From Carcharhinus longimanus (lineage: Eukaryota), in assembly GCA_030264375.1 (NCBI GenBank), contig JASCQW010000109.1:21646421-21710420 (forward strand): a stretch of DNA of 64,000 bases, in the 5' to 3' direction. Positions 36,060-47,070 of this stretch are shown in pieces (position 1 is the stretch's first letter; the number at the start of each line of letters is the position of its first letter). The position numbers and the translations under genes were made by a program. The notes below the pieces were generated by a model, which searched no databases, was not told the origin of the DNA, and was given only the letters and a program-made list of their open reading frames with translations.

Positions 36060-36700
36060 CCACTGACAGAACTTAAGGCTGTTAATACAAGGGGTGTGAC
36101 TGCCTCCTGAAACTCTGCATCCAGGTAATTCTTTCCCCATCCCTGATGTGTCGCAATGTCTGAAGCTCAGACTTTAGCTCACTAACTCTGAGCCAAAATT
36201 CCTCAAGCAACCAATGTTGGCTGCAGACATGCTTGCAATGAATCACAATGGGGTCCACCCACTCACATGTCGCAGTCACAACACATCGTCTGGCCTTGCA
36301 TCCCTATTTTATTTAATTAGAATTTATTTAATTTAGAATTTCAATTTGCTTTTACTTGTACCAGTAATTTTTACTTTCCACAATTTCTGTTTCTCTACCT
36401 GACCTTCACTTCCAAAGCCAAAGGTAGAAGAAGGAGGGACTCACCGACCAGTCTGTGATATTGCACAGATGTATTCTGACCTCCTGCCTTGGCCTGCAAC
36501 TGCTAGTGACCTGTGGGCACAATAAACAAAATCAAGGCACAGCAATACCCCCTCCCCACCTTCTTGAACTCCCACAATTACCTTAACTCCCAAGCACTCA
36601 GAACAAAATGGTATTCCATGCAAAGGCACCTGCAAATTTGTTTTATAGTATCTACCTCCCCTTAACTCCTAAGCATTCAGAGCACAATGGTACTTCATTA
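36060..36700 (-). mobile_element. CR1 ORF1 N-terminus and 5' UTR (continuation of 28320-30055)
   Basis: ORF 36082-36279 ATCEWVD..HVCSQHWLLEEFWLRVSELKSELQTLRHIRDGE (zinc finger plus leucine zipper of CR1 ORF1); short repeat CCTTAACTCCYAAGCAYTCAG x2 upstream. Confidence 0.85.
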
Positions 36701-38576
36701 ACTGAAGGTCCTTCCTAGAGTTCTGAGAGGGGATTATCTAAATACATGTCTTCTTTTTTTTTGGCACTTGGGTGCCAATTGAAGTTAAGTGCCGAGATTG
36801 TGGGGTGGTTCTTGAACCCACTATTTGTACTGGATTGTCCGTTTAGGCCCCAGTGTGAGGACCAACATTCTGGTTTAAAGTCAAAGCTGCTGCGAAATGC
36901 ACCCAACTGATACTTAACACCTGAACCAAGCTAACTCAAAGCTGGCTTGAGGGTGGAAATGGAGGAAGGGCTAGAAGCTGGTCCACCCTTGTCTCCGGTT
37001 GATGCAGGGGTGAGGAAACTGAAGAAGGGCAAAAATAAATTGGACGTCCGAGGGCAGGCAGAAAGGAGAACAATACTTGAAGAAAATTGAATGTAGAATC
37101 CATCAATGGCTTTGGAGAGATCATTAGTGGCCTTGTACTAGCAGTTTGTTATGTCACTGTGTGCTAGAATCAATGGAACTAGCTCTCTTTTATGTTATGA
37201 ACTCCTGACAAGTCATTAGTGAATAAATGTTTTTACCATTTAAAAACAAGTAATTATTTCCTTTTACTTTTTAACTTAATCTCAACCTGATATTGCCCAG
37301 ACTGATGTTTCGGAAGCAGCAGGAATGAATTTGGCCATGCCGTTTTAGTAACCTGCATTATTGTTAATAAAAGCATTGGTAATGATGCCTCAATTTGAAA
37401 AAAAAATCCTGCTGCTGCAAGAGTCTAAACATGAACATTTGAACATTTCCTTTGTTTGAAAGGCCTTGGGCTGTAGTTATAACTTATTATCCCTTTCACT
37501 TTCACTCGGCACATTGCTAAATATCCAGAAACACGGGATGTAAAGAATCCTTCTGCGTACAAGAAACCAGCTTTTTAAGAAACCTAATAATTAAAAAAAT
37601 CCCTCTTCTGTTGACACTTGGCTGTATTCCAGCCCCAGCGAGCATTCTAACATTATTTGGTGACTAAAAACTATTAGCAGCTTTTTTTCTCTTCTCCTCA
37701 CACCACCCCCCAATCCCCACCATTGCGCCCACTTAAATAATACATAGCTACCATCACCAGGTAAATAGCAGTCATTCAGAAATCCTTTTGCTGAAGACAA
37801 GATAACATTGAATCAGCATTTACAAGCAGACACAGTATTGAGAATTTTCCTTTGAGACCAAAGGTCTGTATTACCCGTGCACTCCAACCTGGACAGATGG
37901 GCATTTTCAACAAGCTGTGGAATGCCATGCCCATAACAAGTAAAGGAACTTACTAAACTAGGAAGTTAAGGAAGAGATTCATTCTGCTGTGTGGATTCTT
38001 TTCTTCCAGAGAGCAACATTTCTGTTTTCAGTTCTTAACCTAAGAACAGGAGATTTAAATACTAGGAGAGATGAATAAGTGGGATGAATTTCATACAGAA
38101 TGAGGCCCTTTGGGAACAAAAGTAAGGGTGCAAGGAACAGCAGTTGTGAGTCAATTTCCTGTTGAGCATGCATTTTATAACTCGGACAGATTCTTCCGGG
38201 ATAAGAATGATTGCCAAATGGATTAGTTGAAAATAAACAGGTTAATAACTGAGGTAAAATAGAACAGGGAGGAATTTCATACCATAGTAGGGAACACAGT
38301 ACTAGCACTTAATTGCAGCCTGGTGGTGAGCAGACTTCATTCAGGAGATGGTTGTCATTCAGTATCACTCCGTTGCACAGAATAACCTGGCATTGTAGTA
38401 ACAAAACACAAAATACCAATGTGGGACTATAAAATGAAAGTAAATAAAATAATAAAAATGATGGGAATGACTGAAATTGAAGAGATGTTGCAATTTAGCT
38501 CGATGTTTGCATATTGTTCTCCTTCTGTCTTTCTTTCTTGTTCTCCTCTCTACTCCTGACGTTATGAAGTTCGGTA

Positions 38577-38760
38577 AAAAGTCTGACAACACCAGGTTTT
38601 AGTCCAACCTATTTATTTGATAATATACTCACGAGCTTTCGAGGGGACTGCCTCTTCGTCAGGTGAATGGAGAGTTCTGCTCCTTCCACTCACATTATCA
38701 GCCACTTCAGGTCTTGAACAGCAGGTTAGGTGTAAGGATTTGCATTTTAATCAGTAATCT
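38577..38760 (-). mobile_element. Penelope-like element terminus (pseudo-LTR)
   Basis: Minus strand CACCTGACGAAGAGGCAG...GAAAGCTCGTG...AAATAAATAGGTTGGACTAAAACCTGGTGTTGTCAGACTTTT; abuts a gap. Confidence 0.75.
38628..38667 (-). ncRNA. Minimal type I hammerhead ribozyme
   Basis: UUCAC-CUGACGA-A-GAGG-cagucc-CCUC-GAAA-GCUC-GUGAG: intact core boxes, stem I UUCAC/GUGAG, stem II GAGG/CCUC, palindromic AGCU as stem III, CUC cleavage triplet. Confidence 0.75.
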
Positions 38761-39789
38761 NNNNNNNNNNNNNNNNNNNNNNNNNNNNNNNNNNNNNNNN
38801 NNNNNNNNNNNNNNNNNNNNNNNNNNNNNNNNNNNNNNNNNNNNNNNNNNNNNNNNNNNNTTATTTTAACATGATTCCATGTTTGATACAAATATTAAAG
38901 CTTGTAGCCACTCCTCCTAATAACTTCTCCAATGCAAACTTCCTAATAACTTCAACAATGCAAATGTATGCATTGCATACATTTTTGTCTGATTAAGCTT
39001 TAGTGAAGTGCCAGAGGATATATATTTCAAAGTTATAGGGGCTTTATGAATGCAAGTTATTAAATAAAAGCAGCTACACATTCTCAATCTCAGTACTGAG
39101 TGACTGCAAACAGTGGTTCTCATATACTTTTCTTTGAAGAAATAAGTTCTTGACGTATGTGGCCATTTTTATGTACATAGATGTGTACTCAGTGCCATAA
39201 AAGTGGCAGGGTTTACATTCAGAACCATTGTAGCCCTTGCTGTGCTGTTGTCATAACTGTGGTTGCAAAATGTAGGTCCATAGTCCTGGTAGTTTCAGCG
39301 TTGGCTCACACTGATCAGCTATGCCATTGAATGTGTTAGCGTGGGTAGTATGTGTGGATGCCAGAAGCATGCAGAGTAGGCAGATCATGACATCTGTCAG
39401 CATCTAATGCTGATTTGACGCATGATCTGCTATTTTCAACATCCATTTTAAGATTTTTTTATTAACTAGCTACAGAAGATAAAATCTGCAGGGAGTGATG
39501 CTGGACTTTGGGACGCCATTGACTGTTACTGAGAAGCCTCTGAATACACAATTTCTGTCAGATATGTGGGTTACANNNNNNNNNNNNNNNNNNNNNNNNN
39601 NNNNNNNNNNNNNNNNNNNNNNNNNNNNNNNNNNNNNNNNNNNNNNNNNNNNNNTTGTCACAGTAACTCTGTATAGAGGAAGAGGAACCTCTGCTTCTCT
39701 TGGTACAGGGAGAAGTAAGGGGAGTGGGTACCTGGCTTTGCAAGGATAGCAAGCTTCCCCATGGCACCATCAACTACGCATCCATGGGT

Positions 39790-40415
39790 TTGCATGTGCC
39801 AAATCTCAATGGGGGGATGTACTGCAAGGAATACCACTCATTCAATGTGTAATTGGTGTGCAGGCACACTTAGAATGCCACATTGGTGAAAGTTGCAACA
39901 GTCATGATGCTTTCAGCCTGCAGCTCCAGCAATATTCCAGCCATCACATTGAGTCCGAAGGTGGCTGTTCAGGTTCAAGGGCTAGACACTCGAGACCTGG
40001 CTCATGGCCCCCTACCCCAAAACTACCGTCAGCGATTTTTTTTTTGTGTCATCAGGGTCTAGACAGGGTTTTCGGGAATTGTCCATTCTCCCAAAGTATG
40101 CTACTCCAGTCTTTATTTACAGCATGTAGATGCACATTTGGACCTCTTCACAGAATTTAGAGCTTCTCCCTCCTCAGTCATGAAATTTGACATTGTTGTT
40201 ATATCAGCATCATGTATGCTTCCATGTTAACCCAAAACTTTACAGTCAGCACGCACATAATGAAAACCACAACGTAATGAGGAATGTCATCGAACAGACC
40301 ATTGGGATGATGAAGAAATGTTCCACTGCTTGGGACCAACCCTTCAGCACTCAATGAAGTGGTTGTCCCAAGGTATGGTGTGTTTCATTCTCCACAACTT
40401 GGTCATCATGAGCTC
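39790..40415 (+). mobile_element. PIF/Harbinger DDE transposase remnant
   Basis: Frameshifted motifs YCKEYHSFNV*LVC, SCNSHDAFSL, HNENHNVMRNVIEQTIGMMK, FHCL, LQHS..VCFILHNLV match HARBI1-type NRKGYHSINVQ, GS.HD.FIL, R..IE..IG.LK.RF.CL, C.LHN. Confidence 0.85.
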
Positions 40416-41989
40416 TTGCCACCACGAGTGGTGTTGCTTGCATTTTTGTGCAGCACCTGAGAGTCAGTCTAATTTTCTTTACATGTGCCTCCATGCCTTT
40501 TAAGTCTATTCATCCTTATTTTCTCTCCTGCAGCTGCTTTTCATGACTTTATTCAGTCTTCTCAGCTATGCTCAATGTTCTTTCTGTGGTCTTGGCAGCC
40601 CTTCACCACCTTTCTTTTATCAATCAGCTCCCTAGGGGAAGGGATTCAGGGTTAGGATTTAACTCCTCGTTTACCTTATCAACAAGTGGGGACAAAATGT
40701 TCCAACAACAGTGGAACACTGTTCCACCATAAAAGTAGATCACTTTTAATCTTACTGGGCAATGTTAGTTGTCCCTCCCTGGCTACAGCTTTAAGTTGTG
40801 TGGTGCTTAGAGATGCTAATGTTTCACTGTTCAGATATCTGTGCATCAAAAATCATCACTTTCTTAGTGTGAAGAGAGGGATTTCCACTGTGGTAATTTT
40901 CTTGTATTTTAAAATCTTTTCAGCCACTGAAATTTTTCCTCTTGGATTCCAATTAGTTCCTTTTATATCAGATTCCCTTGTGTGGCAAATTTGATTCATG
41001 GTGGATTCAAAACAAAATGATATGTAAATAAAACATATATAACATCAGTATTTGAAACAGGTTTTGATTTCAGAACTGATAATGTCCCAGTCGTTAGCTT
41101 TTGAAATAGTTACCATCCATTTTGTGCGTCTTGTTTTGAGAAGTCATTGTCTCGCCAGCCCCTCTGACTCCACTCGAGAGGTAAGCCTACCAAGATGCAA
41201 ACGTCTTCCATTGTCCCCTCAATGGCCCCCTTTGACAAGGATCTGGACTGTCTCAAATGTGAGTCTGCCAACAGCTCTGCAGACATAATGATTTCAATCT
41301 GCAAATCTCCTAGTGTCATGATTATAATGCTCTTACAATTGGGTGTGATATTCCGCAATGATGAGAAGAGGATTTGTTTGTTGTTGTAACTCCTGCTGAT
41401 AGCTTCCAGAACAAAGGATCAGTCCCATAGTCATGTGATTTGTGGCAGCCATCATTTTGTTCAGCAGAAAGTCCATTTTACAAATAGCAAAAATAATAAT
41501 GTTTTGGATTTCTTTTCATATCATATTGACACAACAGTATTTGGAGAATTCCATATCTTTTTTGTAGTTTTTAGAAGGTATTCCCAATGTTGAGCCCATT
41601 ACTGTTGCAGGAGAACAGCAGAGATTCACCACTTCTATTGAACAAGATGGTGGACCCAATGGCCTGTGTCCATTGAGCTTGGCTTTTAGGTAACCAGTCA
41701 GTAACTTGATATTATAGGGTTAATGTTGCTACACTTAGCCTCAGTGGCCCATGGTTGCCGTTTATGATTGTCATCTCTTTATTGCTCCTGAAGAGTGGAT
41801 GTGTATAGTGGTCAGGTGAGTAAGGATCAGGTTGAGTTGTGCTGCCCTCTGGCCAAACAGTTTGCTAAGACATGCTGTTGAGGTTTTCACATTCTGATGA
41901 ATCTCTTTGGATTAGCTTGGTCCACTCTTAGCACTGGCTTTGTAATTTTAAGGATAGAATAAATATTTAATTAAAAAAAAAACAAGAAC

Positions 41990-42150
41990 TCACTCCTAGC
42001 CCTTCTTTCCTCCATTAAAACACTCCTTTAAGACCCACCTCTTTGACCAAGATTATTTGACCTAATATCTCTTATTTGACCTGCTTTATGACTCCTGGTA
42101 CATTTTGTTACATATAAAGGTGCGTATGTAATTGTCAGTTGCTGCTGCTA
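41990..42150 (+). mobile_element. L2 LINE 3' end
   Basis: AAAACACTCCTTTAAGACCCACCTCTTTGACCAAG (K.LLKTHLF-like) and tail TAAAGGTGCGTATGTAATTGTCAGTTGCTGCTGC. Confidence 0.65.
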
Positions 42151-42179
42151 TTTGCACAAACAAGCTTTCGAAGCGGTTT

Positions 42180-42430
42180 AAGAACAAAGAACAAAGAACA
42201 ACCCAGCACGGGAAACAGGCCCTTCGGCCCAACAAGCCCGCGCCGCCGCATCANNNNNNNNNNNNNNNNNNNNNNNNNNNNNNNNNNNNNNNNNNNNNNN
42301 NNNNNNNNNNNNNNNNNNNNNNNNNNNNNNNNNNNNNNNNNNNNNNNNNNNNNCCTACCACCGATGTCAAACTCACCGGCCTATAATTTCCAGGGTTATC
42401 CCTACTACCTTTTTTGAACAGCGGTACCAC
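42180..42430 (-). mobile_element. CR1 LINE copy mostly collapsed into a gap
   Basis: (AAGAACA)n tail plus CAGGCCCTTCGGCCC before the gap; minus-strand NPGNYRPVSLTSVVG after it. Confidence 0.85.
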
Positions 42431-42934
42431 TGAAGTGCTTTACTGAAGTGCTTACTTTTGATTTTAAGTTAGTTGTTATAACTTTATTCCCTGACAATAT
42501 TTTCCAGAAATGCTAAAAAATATTGAAAATCAGAATGTACTTCCTATTTGAGAGCTTCTTCCAACAGCTCTCTTGGGCTCTGGGGAGAAGAAACAGAGAC
42601 AAGAATGTGATTGTTGATGCATATTCAGTCTTACTGTCATCCCTGCCATCCAGCCTGTCTCTTTGTGCTGTAACTTTTCATTACTTTTTAAAACTGAAAT
42701 ATACTTCACAGGTCAGTTCACCACTTTCTTCTTTCTTTCGTTAACTGTAAGTATCCTATTCTCAATGCTGTTGTTTGTCTTGGTAGTTGCATTGTGTTTA
42801 ACTAGAGACTCATTGATAGCAATTGTGTATTCATTACAATCCAAGGTAACTGTGATCTCCTTGCTTTCCTCATTTTTTAAAATAATTTCTACATTCTGCA
42901 GGAATCTGAATCCCAAACATGGTGTCTTCTAGTC

Positions 42935-43365
42935 ACTAGTTCCTATTCCCACATCGTCTTCACCTGACGTGAAACTCCTGAAACAAATGTTCTATTTGGG
43001 GCTTAGACACGACAAGCGAGCCCCAGGAGAGCAGATGAAATTCTTCAAGGACACCCTCAATGCTGCCTTGGAAAAAGTCCAACATCTCTACTGACACTTG
43101 GGATTCCCTGGTGCAAGCACTACTCGAAGTGAAGGAAAAGCATCCAGGTAGGAGCTGAACATCTGGCGTTTCATCATCGAGAGCAAACTGAAGCCAAGTA
43201 TCGATAGAAAAAGGAGTGCATAGCAACCCAGGTACACCACCTGTCCGCTCCCCCAAGCAACTTCTGTTGCACCTGTGACAAAGACTGTGGGTCATTCCTC
43301 AGTCACGTGAGCACTCATTTTCAGTATGGAAGCAAGTCAGCCTCAACTCCAAAGAAATAAGAGGG
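42935..43365 (+). mobile_element. RTE LINE 3' end
   Basis: LLKQMFYLGL...PGEQMKFFKDTLNAALEKSNISTDTWDSL and terminal CCTCDKDC...SH zinc finger. Confidence 0.8.
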
Positions 43366-44252
43366 TCCCTTGGAGGGTCTTAAGAAGGAGAAGATTCCTC
43401 ATCTCTTATTTCTTTCCCACTCTCTGGAGATGTCATGTATGATCCCTGTCACTTCACTTTTTATAAATATGGAGAACTGAGTTATGGATGGGTCGTCTGT
43501 GCGCATGAAACTAATGTCACCAGGGGAAAAGTACAGAAAGTTGGGAGAAAATAAAATCCATTTTGTTTTCTAGATTCAGAATTTGGAACACCACAATTTG
43601 TACAATTTTCTGTATTACACATTACAGCATCTTCATGTGCTTGGCACCAGAAGGTGGCAGTCATACTATTTCTTTCCTTCCCTTTGTTGCACTGAGCTAC
43701 CAAATATCCAATTTGCTGAAATCTAGTTTATTGTCAATAATCTGTACCTCAAGTTAAATATCATTAATGCATGTAGCCATAAAGCACGACAGATCAAGCT
43801 GCAAGTTGTTGATGAAGTGTGCAAAAGTAAATACACTGCACTTTAGCAGTTCCACATGAAATTGAGTTTGGCATAACATTTTGAACAAATAAATTGCTTT
43901 CACTTAAACACAACAGTAAATTAATTTTTAAATAAACGTAAGTTAGATTTTGCCCTGATGAAGCTCACAGTGCATTGAGATTGCATTGCATTCAAATGAA
44001 TTCCCAAATGTGTTGCTTAAAGACTTTTTGTATAAAGAGATGATGATGGTAAATAGCTGTAAGAAATCAGAAGCCTACTAGAATGCTCAATGCTCCAAAT
44101 TGGGACATCTAATGATTCTCCATGGCTGCCTCCAGCAAAATTTGGAATGAAGTTGAAACATGTTTTATCATTTTTTTAATGCTGCTTCCTTGAACGATTA
44201 ACCATAAAATATCAATTCTAGTTGTTTTTCTAATGATTATGGTACAGATCTT

Positions 44253-44465
44253 GACATAAAACAAAATACTGTGGGGTCTGCCATTAGAAAGGCTGGGGAA
44301 AGAAGGCTGGAAGTCTGGATTGAGGGAAAGCCCAAAGAAGAGTAATGCAGACTCGAAATGTTAACTCTGCTTCGCTGTCCATTCTTGCCACCAGATCTGC
44401 TGAGTTTTCTCAGCACTTTCTGTTTTTGTTTCAGTTTTTCTGCAAACACAGTTTTTTGCTTATGT
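44253..44465. mobile_element. Penelope-derived inverted-end short element with decayed hammerhead
   Basis: Ends ATAAAACAAAATACTGTG ... CACAGTTTTTTGCTTAT; internal AAGAAGAGTAATGCAGACTCGAAATGTTAACTCTG and CAGATCTGCTGAGTTTTCTCAGCACTTTCTG. Confidence 0.6.
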
Positions 44466-45199
44466 TCTACTGCTATATTTGGAACGAGTTTCCAGATACA
44501 GCACAGTGAATATGAGGTCACACAATTAAGAATTTGGATATTCTGTTGTGTAACTAAACATAGCCATTCTGACCCAGTAACATGAAATAGAAAGTTGAAA
44601 ATGTTTTTAAAAAATATTTGTATTAACCAATGCAAGGAATACAGTAGTGGATAAAGTAAGCAGAGCATTTCAGACAAATTGGATTGTGAATGGATAAAAT
44701 GTTAAGCAGGACACAACAGTACAGACCATCTTATTTCTAGATGCCTTTCAAATAAGAGTGAGAGCATGAGAAGGCATTAAATGTGAAAAGGCCATTTCAT
44801 CAATCAAGCTTGCTCCTTCCCCAAGGAAGATGAAGGCTTTTGATGAATCTTCAATCACCCTCTTAGATTGGCAGGCAAGAAAATCCTTATAAAACTTCAT
44901 CTAGCTATTCTGATAACTAGGCACATTAATAACTTCCAAGTGCTTCGACCACCCTAACTTCAATACAGTTGACAGGAAAAGATTGGGAACATGACAACTT
45001 CATTGTTGTGGTGTGCTTGGAGACAAATGACATCATTGCTTTCCAGAGCAACCAGAAGCTTAACAAATAATTCAACTGTGTTTCATGAGCTAGAAGTGAA
45101 AGATGTCATCGAGAAAGAATTAATATAGTTGCGGTGGCTGCTTCAGCTCTGAGTAAACTACGGCAGTAATAGAATTACAACTGTTCAGATGATTTTTCT

Positions 45200-45592
45200 T
45201 TTCCTCTTTAGAAAAGAGAAGACGTGGAGTGACTGATAGAGGGCTTTAAAATTATGAGTGGATTGCACGGAGTAGATGTGGGAGAATCCAAAAATATAGG
45301 AGCTGTAATAAAGACAAGATTGTTAGTAATAAATTCTAGGGGAAAGGAAATATGAACTTTCTTGAGTCAGTGGTTGGAATGTGAAACTTGTTACCACAGG
45401 AAAAAATTGAGGTAAAAGGCTTAGATGCTTTTAAAAGGAAACTAGAAAAATATAAAAGTGAAAAATGAGAAGAAAGACATCCTTGAAAAGCTGAGATGAA
45501 TAGTTGAAATAAGAGATTGGGTGAACTGTAAACACCAGCACAGGCTAGTTGGGCTTAATGGCTTGTTTCTGTGCTGTATATTCCATGTAATT
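45200..45592 (+). mobile_element. CR1 LINE 3' end
   Basis: LFLFRKEK/GVTDRGLK decayed from FSLEKRRLRGDLIE; tail GGGCTTAATGGCTTGTTTCTGTGCTGTA. Confidence 0.7.
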
Positions 45593-46444
45593 TGAACAAA
45601 ATATTAAAATATTTATGCTTCTTGACCTACTTAACCATGAGGAACATGTTTTAACATACTAAAATACATTAAGATGATCATTAATATTCACAGCAGTGGC
45701 AGGTGCGTTGTAATGTCGTCAGGCTTACTAACTAGGAATGATACGAAGTGACATGTGGATCAGCAACAGTGACAGTTCACAGCAGGCATCGGAACCTAAA
45801 CATAGACCAACGAACAGTAAATTACTTGGGGTAACAACTGTTGGCAGTTGTTTAGATCTTTGATTACTACTGTTAAGTCCTGACTGAAAGGTTCAATCTA
45901 TGTGACATTCGTTTGAAAAAAATAGGATTTTTAAACTGTTTGACTGTCTTGTGTTTTTTTTCCTCTCTGGTGTCAAGTTTCAAAAATGGGGTGTCATCTC
46001 ATTGAATTCTCCTTGAGATAGCAGAGTTAAAAATAACCTCAACAGCTGGACAAACGTTTGTTGAGTTAATTTATCAGAGTAGTTCCCTGTAAATACCTCA
46101 AATAATTTTTGATTTATATTAAATGCAAATATTCCTCAGGCCATCTGCTATGAAAATATTCTCATTATGAAAAGTTAATCCAAGGCTGAGATTGGTGTGT
46201 GTACATCATTGAAGTTGATTTTTGCCATCTCACTGCCAATCATGAAACTAGAATCCAGGGTTGACAATAGAGATCAGCTTTGGTCTGGGTGAACAAGTGG
46301 CATGTTCTCGAATTGAATTCTAATTGTAAAATCCTAAATGTATTCCTTTATGATTGCCAATTTGCAAAATATTTCTTGACTTATTTTGTTTATTTTTTTG
46401 GATTTTTTTGTTAAGAAACCTGGATGAAGGACCAGGACAAAGGT

Positions 46445-46732
46445 TTGGCATGGTGGCACAGTGGTTAGCACTGCTACTTCACAGTATCAGAGACCCTGGT
46501 TCAGTTCCAGCCTTGGGTAACTGTGTGGAGTTTGTACATGTCAAAATGTGCAGGTTAGGTAGATTTGACCATGCTAAATTGCCCTTTGGTGTTCAAAGAT
46601 ATGTAGGTTAGGTGGAACAGCCATGATAAATGTATGGGGTTACAGGGCTAGGGAGGATGGGAGGGCCTGGGTAGAATGCTCTTTGAGAGTCATTGCAGCA
46701 TCTTTCTGCACTGTAGGGGTTCTGTGGTACTA
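46445..46732 (+). mobile_element. HE1-like V-SINE
   Basis: GGCATGGTGGCACAGTGGTTAGCACTGCT...GGTTCAGTTCC, GGTTAGGT..GACCATGCTAAATTGCCC, tail TCTGCACTGTAGGGGTTCTGTG. Confidence 0.85.
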
Positions 46733-46941
46733 TGTTGGAGGATGACACCAAATACAAATTAGGATAAAAGATGTTGTACTGGTTTAACAACATGACGTTG
46801 GACAATGATTATGGGATGAAGGAATGTAGGTACACAGTAACACATTTTTAAATTAACTTCTAAAGACATGGATATCTTAATGAGGTGGCAATTGGAATAC
46901 TGTGCTTACGTACACATCAGAAAATATTTGGTAATGAGCTG

Positions 46942-47070
46942 CTTGCAAAAATTTCTGGCCCCACCTGCTATCGGGATCACCTGGTCCCACCAAAAGACAA
47001 CGGACTTTTGGCTGGCCCATCACATCCCCTGTGGCCGGTCCTGCCACAGTGGGGCCAGAAAATCCCAGTC
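46942..47070. mobile_element. Harbinger-type MITE
   Basis: 13-bp perfect inverted repeat TTTCTGGCCCCAC ... GTGGGGCCAGAAA. Confidence 0.7.

Noticed and set aside
43954-43985. CTGATGA box as a hammerhead candidate (also CTGAAGA at ~2318)
   Set aside because: No downstream GAAA box or stem II.
46445-46520. tRNA-like A/B boxes (also 3660-3727, 19062-19150, 20645-20735)
   Set aside because: These are SINE heads continuing into SINE bodies, with no complete cloverleaf.
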